This document shows, in pieces, positions 40,489-50,059 of a DNA stretch of 64,000 bases (its first letter is position 1; each line of letters begins with the position of its first letter). Made by a program: the position numbers and the translations under genes. The notes below the pieces were generated by a model. That model saw only the letters and a program-made list of their open reading frames with translations, was not told the origin of the DNA and did not search any database. The DNA comes from an uncultured delta proteobacterium (GTDB lineage: Bacteria; Desulfobacterota; Syntrophia; Syntrophales; UBA5619): positions 1-64,000 of the forward strand of contig CAWFOM010000012.1 in the NCBI GenBank assembly GCA_963817385.1, given 5' to 3'.

Positions 40489-42370
40489 ATGGACCAATAC
40501 GGCTGGACCGGTAAAATACTCTGGGTTGACCTGACCACAAAGAAAATCAGCACCGTCCCCACCTCCGATTTTGAACCGGAGAAGTACCTCGGCGGGGTCG
40601 GCTTGAACACCAAGATATTCTGGGAAATGGGATGCCCCACAGTTGACGCTTTTGATCCCAATAACCCCCTCCTTATTTCTGTGGGACCGTTGACCGGGAT
40701 GGCGGGACCTTTCAACCGGGCGGAAGTCTGCGGCATAGCTCCCCAGTCCTATCCGCAGGAAACATTCACCTATTCCGGGGTCGGGGGAAAAATTGCATCT
40801 GAAATCAAATATGCCGGATATGACGGACTGGTGATCGTCGGCAAGTCCGACCAACCGGTTTATCTCTCTATTATTGATGATACCGTGAAGCTTGCGGATG
40901 CCAAATTCCTTTGGGGTTTAGATACGTTTGAAACGCAAAAAGCCATGATGGCTAATTATTCTCATGCTGCCGTCCTCACCATTGGACCGGCCGGAGAGAA
41001 TTTGTGCCGTGTGGCGATTATCCTTAACGAGACCGCCAGCGCCGCCGGACAGGGTGGATATGGTGCAGTCATGGGCTCCAAAAACCTCAAGGCTATTGTT
41101 GTCAAAGGCACCGGTACGCTGAAGGTAGCCAGACCGGATGTGTTGATGAAACTCCAGCAAGAACGGATGGACGCCAAGGAATGGCTGACGGGCGGGGCCC
41201 AGTCCTGGGGCAGGTATCCCTTATGCGGAGGCGCCATAGCTAAAGACATGCGGGCCAACCGTCTCAAGCGTATGGCGGGATGCCACGGGTGCACCTACCA
41301 GTGCATGGGCTTTTATGATATCCCGGGCATCGGCAAAGGCGCCCAGATGTGCATGGAAGCCTGGTACGGCTGGCACAGCGGCGGCAGTTCCGAAGGGTAC
41401 TGGGAAGGCAATATCCTGTCGCAGAAACTGGGCATCAATAACTACGAACTGATGGGGCTTATGGCCTGGCTGCGTGCCGTGCAGTCCGGCATCGTGGACA
41501 AAAAAAAGCTGGGGTTGACTTCCATCCCCATGATCGATCATGCCGGCAAACCCCAACTTGGCGGGCAAAAAATCCACCATCAATTCCTGACCGAACTGCT
41601 CAACGGCATGGCCAGCGGAAAGAGCATTCTTTCCAAAGGCACGGCCCGGGCAGCCGAAAGTCTGGGTCCTGCCGCCCGGAAGGCCTTTAACGAAATATTC
41701 CCGGCCCGGGGATATATGCGACACCACATTGAAAACGTTGGGTCGGCATTGCACTGGGCCATGGATACCCGCGACCCCTATAATTCGTGTCATGACTATT
41801 TCGAAGGCTTTGGGCCCAATGCAAAAATTGCCGCTTACTTCGGCTTGCCCGGCGGCGATATGGCCGGCCGTAAGGGCATGAAGATGGTCTATGACCGAAC
41901 GGAATACCAGACCGCCTGGGTGCAGAACCATCAGAGCATCAGGAACTCTCTGCCGATCTGCGAATATGCAAGCATGCCGTTCAGGTTCTTTCATCCGCCG
42001 GCTATGGACATCCGCATTTTTGAATCCAGCATGCTTTCCGCGGTCACCGGTATTGATTATTCCGTGGGCAAATTGTGGGAAGTCGGTGACCGGATATATA
42101 CCTTGCTGCGCGCCGTATCGGTAATGCGGGAGAACCGAACCCGGGCGCAGGACGACCTGAGCCAGGTCTGGTTCGAGAGGCGAGTTGGTGGTGAGACTGA
42201 GTCTCTGGCGGCGCCTCTGGATAGGGCTCAATGGGAGGCATTGAAAGACAGGTTTTACAGCAGTTCGCGGTTGGAATCCCACTAACGGCAGACCCACCAG
42301 AGCCAAGCTTGAACAACTGGGTATGAAGAGCGTGGCGGATAAATTGCGAAGTGCGGGCAGGCTGGGTTGA
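40489..42370 (+). CDS. Tungsten aldehyde:ferredoxin oxidoreductase-family protein, with a 1-nt frameshift near the C-terminus
   Basis: GW.GKIL.VDLT, IGPAGEN, G.GG.GAVMGSKNLKAI, GCHGC...C; in-frame stop at 42285, but removing A42259 restores RGW..NG.PT..KL..LG and a stop at 42370. Confidence 0.88.
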
Positions 42371-42437
42371 AATTATTTACGAGACTGCCAGACAAAAGTC
42401 GGGCTGAACTGCGATTGGCGCGCAATGTGGCGTTCCG

Positions 42438-42530
42438 GCATCGGCCTCCGAGGAATTGAACGCCCAGGCCCTGCAGGTGAGGTTCTACGTGGGGAAACTG
42501 GAGACCCTCGTCGCCGGAAAAAGCAAAACC
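42438..42530 (+). pseudogene. Remnant of a methyl-accepting chemotaxis protein C-terminus
   Basis: Translates ASASEELNAQALQVRFYVGKLETLVAGKSK; no upstream MCP sequence. Confidence 0.55.
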
Positions 42531-42632
42531 GCGATCGCGAATACTAATTCCAGTCGCAACGAAGTCCCGCACGGAATGTCTCAATGCGGCATCGGAATCA
42601 CTCGTTTCCCGCGAATCGACAGAGTCGGCCTG

Positions 42633-43631
42633 TCAAGCGGGACTCTTCATCTCGCCGGCCGCTGCCTTGGCAGGCAACCCCGTCGCTTCGAGATCGGCGC
42701 GCAGCTGTTTCTTAGCCTCCTCGGTCATCTCCCGGCACGGCGCACGCACGGGCCCGCCGACCATCCCGATGAGCTCCATCCAGTATTTCATTTCGGCCGC
42801 GGGCACGCGGCCGGTCGGCCTGCCGTAACCGGTAATCCATTTCGCGTGTATGGCCCGTAGCGGGTTTATAGTGCGTGCGATCTCCGTGGCGCGATTCATG
42901 TCGCCGGCCAGCGCGGCCCGGGTGTAATCGCGCACCGGCAGATAACCCGGCGCCTGATAGAGATGCGGGCAGTAATTGAGCAGCCAGCGGTCGCCCATGA
43001 CGCTCAGGTTGTAGAGCCACGGGGTCTCGTCGGCTACGCTGACGACCAGTTCGCGGCCTACCGCCTCGCGCAGGGAGATCGTCGCCGCAGGCGCCGGTCC
43101 GGCCTGCTTGAAACCGCAGATATTCGGGATCGCGGCGAGCCGTTTGGCAAGATGCTCCGATATCGGGTAATAGGTCTGGGGAATGTTGAACAGGATGATG
43201 CCGATGTCCACGCGTTCCGCGACAAACCGGTAGTAGTCGAACACTGCATCGTCGCTGCGGACGGCAATGTACGGCGTCAGGATGATCACGAAATCGAAGC
43301 CGATTTCCTGCGCATGTTTTGCCAGCGCCGCCGCTTCGTACGGATTCTGATGATGACAGCCGGCGATCAGTGGAATCCGCCCCTTCGCCGTTTCGACATT
43401 GATCTCGTGGGCGCGCATCCGCTCGTCGTTGGTCAGCGCCCAGAACTCGGCGACGTTGCCCGAGCAGTAATGTCCCTCGATCTGCAGTTTGGAGATGCAG
43501 TGCTCCAGGTTGAAGGCTATCCCGGCCTCATCCAGCCTGTCGTCTTCGGTAAAATTATAGGGCAGCGCCGTCCAGACACCCTTCAAAACCGTTCGGGCGT
43601 AATCCTTGGCTTCGTGCTTGCGGTACTTCAT
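42633..43631 (-). CDS. DapA/NAL-family Schiff-base aldolase or dehydratase (not canonical DHDPS)
   Basis: TIM-barrel pattern G...EF..LT..ER, P.IAG, L...PNI.G.K. Confidence 0.85.
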   Translation of the reverse strand: MKYRKHEAKDYARTVLKGVWTALPYNFTEDDRLDEAGIAFNLEHCISKLQIEGHYCSGNVAEFWALTNDERMRAHEINVETAKGRIPLIAGCHHQNPYEAAALAKHAQEIGFDFVIILTPYIAVRSDDAVFDYYRFVAERVDIGIILFNIPQTYYPISEHLAKRLAAIPNICGFKQAGPAPAATISLREAVGRELVVSVADETPWLYNLSVMGDRWLLNYCPHLYQAPGYLPVRDYTRAALAGDMNRATEIARTINPLRAIHAKWITGYGRPTGRVPAAEMKYWMELIGMVGGPVRAPCREMTEEAKKQLRADLEATGLPAKAAAGEMKSPA

Positions 43632-43738
43632 GAAGATTCCCCCGGTGATCCGAATTGATACCCGATTGCTGATTGATCATTGATGGCGGCAGGAAAGACC
43701 CGAGGGCACGCCGCCGCTTCAGTCATCCCCCTATGGGA

Positions 43739-44602
43739 CTAAAACGTCTTTTTCCTGCGCCACTTTTTCGGTCGATCACCGGGCAGCATCAGCCCGCTCA
43801 CATCGACCCCCAGGTTCACCATGGCCTTGGCCAATTCGATGGCGCAGCTGTACCCCTCCAGGACGGGGATTTCCCATCCCATGTCGTGCAGGCGTTTTTC
43901 GACAAAAGGCCGGAGCCAAAAGGAAGCGGAGCATCCGAAGGTGATGACCTCGGCGCCGTCTTCCTCGATGGCGGCGACCGCCTCACGGACTGCGCATTCC
44001 ACGGCGTCAGACGGTTCCCCTCTCAGCGCCTTCGCCTTCTCGATATGGAGCGAGGAGTCGTCGATGAACGGAGGGCGGGGGAGGGGGTAATTGATGTTGC
44101 GGATCGAGGCGCACCGCTCGGTGAAGCGGTGCTGGATAACGAGGTTGTAATAATACATGTTGTGATTTTCGGCGATGTCGATGACGCTGAATTTGTTGCC
44201 CAGCATGGTGGCGATGTGCATCTGGGAGAAGGCGCACGCGGTCACGGGAATCTTGTAGGGACGGGCAATCTCCCGGGCCTCCAGAAAGCCGGGCTCCCCT
44301 CCGCCCAACAGCACGATCGCGTTGTACTTGCCGCTCTCACAGGCCTCCCGGATAATCGGCAGGCGGGCGGCGGCGACGTAACAGAACTCTTCCCGATTCT
44401 CAACCGGCCAGTCCCCATAAGGGGCCAACGGCCCCGGATGCAGCTCCCATTCAACGTCCTTCAGCAGATGCTTGACGTTGTCATAGTTCATCAGACGCTT
44501 TTCCTTGGGGCCCTCAATCGTTCGGTGCACGTACTTGCTGGTCGGGGGAAGACTGAACGCTTGCACCAAGAAAAAGCGAAACTTCTTTCCTTCCGGCGGC
44601 AT
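43739..44602 (-). CDS. Asp/Glu/hydantoin racemase-superfamily protein
   Basis: EPG...ARE....IPV, DGAEVI.FGC, IPVL; first catalytic Cys absent; start at 44602 or 44641. Confidence 0.82.
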   Translation of the reverse strand: MPPEGKKFRFFLVQAFSLPPTSKYVHRTIEGPKEKRLMNYDNVKHLLKDVEWELHPGPLAPYGDWPVENREEFCYVAAARLPIIREACESGKYNAIVLLGGGEPGFLEAREIARPYKIPVTACAFSQMHIATMLGNKFSVIDIAENHNMYYYNLVIQHRFTERCASIRNINYPLPRPPFIDDSSLHIEKAKALRGEPSDAVECAVREAVAAIEEDGAEVITFGCSASFWLRPFVEKRLHDMGWEIPVLEGYSCAIELAKAMVNLGVDVSGLMLPGDRPKKWRRKKTF

Positions 44603-44637
44603 GATTCCCCACTCGGCGCAGGATAATTGTTCATCAA

Positions 44638-45780
44638 TCACAGTTCAATCAGTTCTCTCGGCAGTTTCGCGGAAAGCACCCGGGTCCCTGTTGCGGTGAC
44701 CAGGACGTCATCTTCAAACCGCATGGTGCCGAAATCGGGGTCCGATACCGCAGGTTCAAGAGCAAACACCATGCCCGGCTTGAACTCCGCCTTGCTCCCC
44801 GGCTTCAGGATGGGGTTTTCATGAAAATCGAGTCCGAATCCATGGCCGATCAGGTGAGCCTGGTTCTCCGGCCCATAACCGAATTTTGTGAAGGCCTCCC
44901 GGACGAACTTGTCGACTTCCCAGGCCATGATGCCGGGTTTGATGAAATGAAGCGTCGAATCGAAGACATCCAGCATCATCTTGGCAAATTCTTTCTGCTT
45001 CGGCGTCGCTTTTCCTACCACCACCGTCCTGCTGATATCGGAACCGTACGAGTTACACACGGCGGCCATATCCATCAAGATCAAATCGCCCTTTTTGATC
45101 TTGTTATCCGAAGACCTTGCCCTTACGAGCTTTGAGCGCTCTCCCGAGAGAACCTGTGATTCCTCGATGAACCACTCCGCTCCCGCCTTCCTCATCTCAT
45201 ATTCGCATACCGCCGCGACTTCCCTCTCGGTCCTGTCGGGCCGTATTTCCCGGAAGGCCGTTTCCATTCCGATGATCGTTACATCAATCGCATGCTGAAT
45301 CAGTTCGACTTCGGCGTCATCTTTGATGTCCCTTGTCTGGAGCAGCATGTTCGAAGCACGGGCAAGGGTGATGCCGGGTAGAAGTCTTTTCAGGTTTTCC
45401 ACCGTGAAAAGCACTAATACATCTTCCTCGATACCGATCTTTGCCGAGGAGAGCCCTTCACCCCGGAGGACCTCCGCAATGAACTCTTCGGCGTTTCGAA
45501 GGAATTCATCATAGACGAACGTCTTTTGGATCCATGACTCAACTTTAAGAAACCGCGCTACGTTTTTCGCCACGATATGGAACGGCTCTCCGGTTTTCGG
45601 TATGACCAGGGGGAAGAGCCGGAAAACATCGGTCGGATAGATGGGCCGATGCGGATAGTATCCGGAATAGTAGAACATGTGGATGGGGTTGAAGAGCATC
45701 AATGCATCCATCCCCTCTTGAGCCATCATTGCCCTCATTTTTTCAATTCGCTTGGAACACATCTCCTTTTTTGTCATCAT
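44638..45780 (-). CDS. M24 (Xaa-Pro peptidase/creatinase-like) metallohydrolase
   Basis: Creatinase N-domain; metal ligands D..D (DISRT), GHG.G..HE, EP, R.ED retained. Confidence 0.9.
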   Translation of the reverse strand: MMTKKEMCSKRIEKMRAMMAQEGMDALMLFNPIHMFYYSGYYPHRPIYPTDVFRLFPLVIPKTGEPFHIVAKNVARFLKVESWIQKTFVYDEFLRNAEEFIAEVLRGEGLSSAKIGIEEDVLVLFTVENLKRLLPGITLARASNMLLQTRDIKDDAEVELIQHAIDVTIIGMETAFREIRPDRTEREVAAVCEYEMRKAGAEWFIEESQVLSGERSKLVRARSSDNKIKKGDLILMDMAAVCNSYGSDISRTVVVGKATPKQKEFAKMMLDVFDSTLHFIKPGIMAWEVDKFVREAFTKFGYGPENQAHLIGHGFGLDFHENPILKPGSKAEFKPGMVFALEPAVSDPDFGTMRFEDDVLVTATGTRVLSAKLPRELIEL

Positions 45781-45884
45781 TGCTTTCCTTTGATGTTGAT
45801 TTTGATTGATAGTAATTGATCCCGAAAGCCACGGACTGACCCTGGAGCGGCCTGCCGTGTGATCCGAATTGCCCCCCGGTGCGA

Positions 45885-46310
45885 TCAGGCCTTCTTTCCC
45901 CTCTTCGCGCCCTTCTTGCGCTCCGCGGCCGGCTGCCACCCTGTCACCTGCATCAGGATGTTGAGCGCCTGCCTAAACGGCGGCGACCCCACCGGGGTGA
46001 GGGCCGTCTCGAGCGCCTCGAGTAGTTCCTGCTCGGTGCAGCCCAACCGTATCGCACGCTCCATGTGTGGCTTCACACCCCACATGCGCGCCTGGCCGAT
46101 CATCGCCGCGATCGCTATCAGCTCACGGTACTTGGCCGGAAGCTGCTTGCCCTTGGTGGAAACGCCCTCATGCAGCAGACTCAGGCCCGAGAGCCGGTTG
46201 TACGCGTCAAGGAACTCGGCATCCTTTTCCGCAAGGTATTCCCACTCGGGGTAACTGTAGCCGCGTGTCTTGGCAAGCCGCTTTGCCGTCTGTTCCGGTT
46301 TCTCTTTCAT
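45885..46310 (-). CDS. Carboxymuconolactone decarboxylase/AhpD-family protein (no CxxC)
   Basis: L..K.RELIAIA..H..RA...G.T..EL.EA....G.P. Confidence 0.85.
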   Translation of the reverse strand: MKEKPEQTAKRLAKTRGYSYPEWEYLAEKDAEFLDAYNRLSGLSLLHEGVSTKGKQLPAKYRELIAIAAMIGQARMWGVKPHMERAIRLGCTEQELLEALETALTPVGSPPFRQALNILMQVTGWQPAAERKKGAKRGKKA

Positions 46311-46382
46311 GATATTCCTCCCTGTCGATGTCTGATGCTTCACTCCCTCGATCCTAGTCTGATGGATACGCATGCCGAACGG

Positions 46383-46913
46383 CTACACGTTACTCCCCAA
46401 CCACAGATCTTCGGTTTTCCGTTCCTCAACCCATCGTTTCCCCATCTCGATTCCTTCCAACTCTCCGATGGCGACTGCCGCCTTGACATGGGTGATCGCT
46501 CCCTTTTCGAGGTGCCCTCCGTAGGTGGCGATGGTTTCGCCGATCACCGTCGAAGCGGCAAAATGGGCATGAACATGGGGCTGCCCGCTGAGCGAAGGAA
46601 CAATGTACCCGCTCAATGAAATCAACTCCAACGGCTGTTCAACCTCGAAGTAAATCCGATCTTTCGCAGTGATCGGATATTTTTCGGGGAAAACCTTCAA
46701 GTTTCTGAACGTTGCCTTGCTCAAGGCCCCAATGCCCATGAGAATCAGCCCTTTCTGAATGTTCTCCCGCTTTACCACTTCACGGATGGCCTCCAGCAAA
46801 TCCACCCCTATGGGAATTCGCGCCATGATGATCCGCCCAAAACTTCCACTGCTCGTACCTTCCAGCAAAGAACCCTGCTCCATCGATCTCTCCTTGTTAT
46901 TCTCCATTCCCAT
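46383..46913 (-). CDS. PPC-domain (DUF296) protein
   Basis: G.DL...I, GIGAL, ELISLSG, HVHAH, GGHL. Confidence 0.88.
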   Translation of the reverse strand: MGMENNKERSMEQGSLLEGTSSGSFGRIIMARIPIGVDLLEAIREVVKRENIQKGLILMGIGALSKATFRNLKVFPEKYPITAKDRIYFEVEQPLELISLSGYIVPSLSGQPHVHAHFAASTVIGETIATYGGHLEKGAITHVKAAVAIGELEGIEMGKRWVEERKTEDLWLGSNV

Positions 46914-46930
46914 CCGTCATGCGGAGTATG

Positions 46931-47905
46931 TTACTCCATCACAACGCCGACCTCTTTAATGACTTTGGCCCATTTGTCGTTTTCTTCCTTCATGAAAACG
47001 GCGAACTCCTCGGGCGACTTACTGGTCACCACCTCCGCACCATTGTCCTGGAGGCGTTTAACAACCATAGGATCGGCCACTACCTTGGTGAAGACAGCAA
47101 AGAGTTTCTTGACGATCGGGGCTGGGGTGCCGGCCGGTACGTATGCTCCTTGCCAGGAGCCGCTCTTCATGCTTTTATACCCGAGCTCGGGAAACGTCGG
47201 GACGTCGGGCAGGGAGTCGACGCGATGGGGCGCCGCCACGGCGAGCACTTTCAGCTTGCCGGCATTGACGTGAGTCATGACCGACGCGAGAGTGGTAAAG
47301 GCACACTTCACTTCGCCGCTGAGCAACCCGATAGCCGACGCTCCGGCGCCCCCTTTATAAGGGACATGAACGAGTTCAATCCCCGTCGCGCGCATGAATA
47401 TTTCCATCTCGAGCCGGCCGTTGCTGCCGGGGCCGGCGGTGCCGAAATCGAGCTTGCCGGGATGGGCCTTCGCATACTCGATGAATTCCTTCACGCTCCT
47501 TACCGTCAACGACGGATGAATGACCAGCGCCGTGGGTACGTCCACCACCTGGGTGATGCCGATAAAGTCGCGCACCGGTTTTACCTGAAATTTGGGAAAG
47601 AGGCCCGGGTTGATTGCCATAGTGCCGATGTTTCCAAGCAATATATTGTAGCCGTCGGCCGGGGCGCTCGCGGCAACCGATACCCCAATGTTGCCGGATG
47701 CGCCGCTGCGGTTATCAATCACGACTTGCTGTCCCAGTTCCTTGGTCAGACCGGGCGACAGGAGACGGCCGACGACATCCGATGCCCCGCCGGGCGCAAA
47801 CGGTATGATCATGCGCACCGCTTTTGTAGGATACTCCTGTGCATAAGCGGCGCTGGCCACGAAGAGAAGAACGGCAGTCAGAAAAAAAATACCCATCTTT
47901 TTCAT
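46931..47905 (-). CDS. Tripartite tricarboxylate transporter substrate-binding protein (Bug/TctC)
   Basis: Signal peptide; YP.K.V..IIPFAPGG.SD, DNR.GA.G, HVPYKGG, PDVPT..E.G. Confidence 0.92.
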   Translation of the reverse strand: MKKMGIFFLTAVLLFVASAAYAQEYPTKAVRMIIPFAPGGASDVVGRLLSPGLTKELGQQVVIDNRSGASGNIGVSVAASAPADGYNILLGNIGTMAINPGLFPKFQVKPVRDFIGITQVVDVPTALVIHPSLTVRSVKEFIEYAKAHPGKLDFGTAGPGSNGRLEMEIFMRATGIELVHVPYKGGAGASAIGLLSGEVKCAFTTLASVMTHVNAGKLKVLAVAAPHRVDSLPDVPTFPELGYKSMKSGSWQGAYVPAGTPAPIVKKLFAVFTKVVADPMVVKRLQDNGAEVVTSKSPEEFAVFMKEENDKWAKVIKEVGVVME

Positions 47906-48457
47906 TGTATTGCTCCTTTCATGGTTTATGTTGGTTCACCAGTGCTATCTTATTGATAGTACGTTCGTGTGAACTTAGGAAAAGAGAAGCGGCCGTGCAT
48001 GTTCGGGAACCTATATCACAACATGCGGCGTTCATACAATAGGCGATTCCAGCAGTTCATGGCGAGGCGGTGCGACTGCGTTCATTTCTCCGGCTTCACA
48101 GGAGGTTTGTCCATAAGGAGGATGAATGAGAAAAAAATATTCCGGCTTGACCTGATAAAGTCATTGTGAGAAAGAACGAAAAAGCCGGCGTCGCTCGGCT
48201 CCGATAGGGTGGCCGATTTGCATCAGAACAGCCGGCTGTTTTCACGCGGAACGGGTGGTCGATTTCAGAGGTATTGTTTATCACGATGGTAGATGAATCC
48301 CTTTTGCGTAGTCTCTGGTTACCGTCAGGATATTTTCACATCCCGTTCCGAAAGGAGGGAACCAAGTATGGAACGGTAAAATGATCCAAAGCGGATTGCA
48401 GGAACGCGGAGCAATGGTCAGGGAAACACTAAATCTTTTATCTCAGGAGGTTATGCA

Positions 48458-49438
48458 ATGAAGAATTACCCCAAATTGGTGATGTTGATCGTGTCTGCCC
48501 TTTTCTTCTCTCTTCTCATCGGTGCGGCTTATGGGGCGGCATATCCGGAAAAACCCATCACGCTCGTTATCAACAGCGGACCGGGCTCAGGGGGCGATAT
48601 TCTTGGCAGACTCGTGTCGGCGTTGCTCGACAAATACAAATTGCTCCCTCAACCAATCACCTGTGAAAATAAGGCCGGAGGCAGCTCCCTTGTAGCCATG
48701 AACTACGTTTACGGGAAAAAGGGTGACCCGTACTACCTCATGATCGTAACAAGCCCTTTTTTGCTGAACAACCTTTTGGGCTCCACGCCGCTCTCCTATA
48801 GAGACTTCGTCCCAGTCAGCCGTTTTCAGATCGATGAGCATGTGCTGATGGTGCCATATGCCTCCCCTTTTAAAAACTTTAAAGAGGTCGTTGAATTCGC
48901 CAAGAAAAATCCGGGGGTCATCACCGTCGGCGTTGCAAATGCCGGTGGTATAGAACCGTTGAATCTCTTCGCGCTCGAAAAAGCGCTCGGCATCCAGTTA
49001 AGCATCGTGCCGTTCAACGGCGGAGGACCCGCGATGACCGCGCTTCTCGGAGGTCACGTATCCATGTCCTCGAACAACCCCATGGAGGCCATAGAGATGG
49101 CGGCGGCGAAAAAAGTCCGTATTTTGGGCGCCATGACCTCAGAACGGATCGCCGGTCTTGAGGATGTCCCCACCCTCAAAGAGCAAGGGTACAATGTAGC
49201 CGGTTACGGGATGTACCGTGGGATCGTCGCGCCGCCTGGTATTCCGGCTGAGGCGGTGAAGGTCCTTGAAGAAGCTTTCGCAAAGGTTGCCAAAACCGAG
49301 GAGTTTAAAAAGTTTTGCAAGGACGGTTCGGTTATTGCCGCCTATCAGAACAGCAAAGATTTTCGCAAATATCTAGCGGATAAAAGCGACGAATTCGAGG
49401 CCGCGTTAAAGGAGAAGGGGCTGCTCAAGAAGAAGTAG
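48458..49438 (+). CDS. tctC: Tripartite tricarboxylate transporter substrate-binding protein TctC
   Basis: YPEKPI...PGSGGD..ENK.GG..VPF.GGG..DVPTL.E.G. Confidence 0.88.
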   Translation: MKNYPKLVMLIVSALFFSLLIGAAYGAAYPEKPITLVINSGPGSGGDILGRLVSALLDKYKLLPQPITCENKAGGSSLVAMNYVYGKKGDPYYLMIVTSPFLLNNLLGSTPLSYRDFVPVSRFQIDEHVLMVPYASPFKNFKEVVEFAKKNPGVITVGVANAGGIEPLNLFALEKALGIQLSIVPFNGGGPAMTALLGGHVSMSSNNPMEAIEMAAAKKVRILGAMTSERIAGLEDVPTLKEQGYNVAGYGMYRGIVAPPGIPAEAVKVLEEAFAKVAKTEEFKKFCKDGSVIAAYQNSKDFRKYLADKSDEFEAALKEKGLLKKK

Positions 49439-49516
49439 GGGAATGAGAAACAGCGGGAAGGGGCATGCTCTATCATGCCCCTTCCCGCAAGGGTTATCTG
49501 AAAGGACGAAAAAAGC

Positions 49517-49990
49517 ATGAGAAAAGCAGATCAAATCGTCGGCGCCATAATCCTGATCTTTTCCGGAAGCATCATTTTTGTAGCCTGGCAAATGCCCCCT
49601 GCTCTCGTTTACGGAAGGGCGGTCCCCGGACCCGGGGTCGGCTTTCTCCCCCTCTGGATCGGAATATTGATGGCCTTCTTCTCCGTTCTCCTGATCGTTA
49701 CCGCCTGGATGCGGCCGGCTGACCCGGAAGAAAAGCCGGTGATGCCGAGCAAGGGAAAATTCTTTAAATCCATGTCGCTTGTGGCGAGCATTGCCGCCTG
49801 GATTATACTGATGGAGGTTTTAGGATTTATTGTAGCTACGTTGCTGTTCAGTGCATTCATGTTAGGGGTGCTGCTGCGGGTAAATTGGAAACCGACAATT
49901 TTGGTTTCAATATGCACGGTGATTGCACTCTATCTCATATTCCAGGTTCTTTTTATGATCAATCTCCCGAAGAATATGTTTGGTTTCTAA
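49517..49990 (+). CDS. tctB: Tripartite tricarboxylate transporter small permease TctB
   Basis: Hydrophobic; GPG..P, LGF..AT, Y.IF..L...LP; lies between tctC and tctA. Confidence 0.85.
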   Translation: MRKADQIVGAIILIFSGSIIFVAWQMPPALVYGRAVPGPGVGFLPLWIGILMAFFSVLLIVTAWMRPADPEEKPVMPSKGKFFKSMSLVASIAAWIILMEVLGFIVATLLFSAFMLGVLLRVNWKPTILVSICTVIALYLIFQVLFMINLPKNMFGF

Positions 49991-50059
49991 CGGACATTCC
50001 TTGCGTATCCGATGCTGTGGGTATTCAAGGATAAAATGCCGCCTTAAAGAAAGGGGAAT

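Noticed and set aside
48210..48222. TGGC..TTGCA resembling a sigma54 promoter upstream of tctC
   Set aside because: GG-to-GC spacing is 7 nt rather than the required 10
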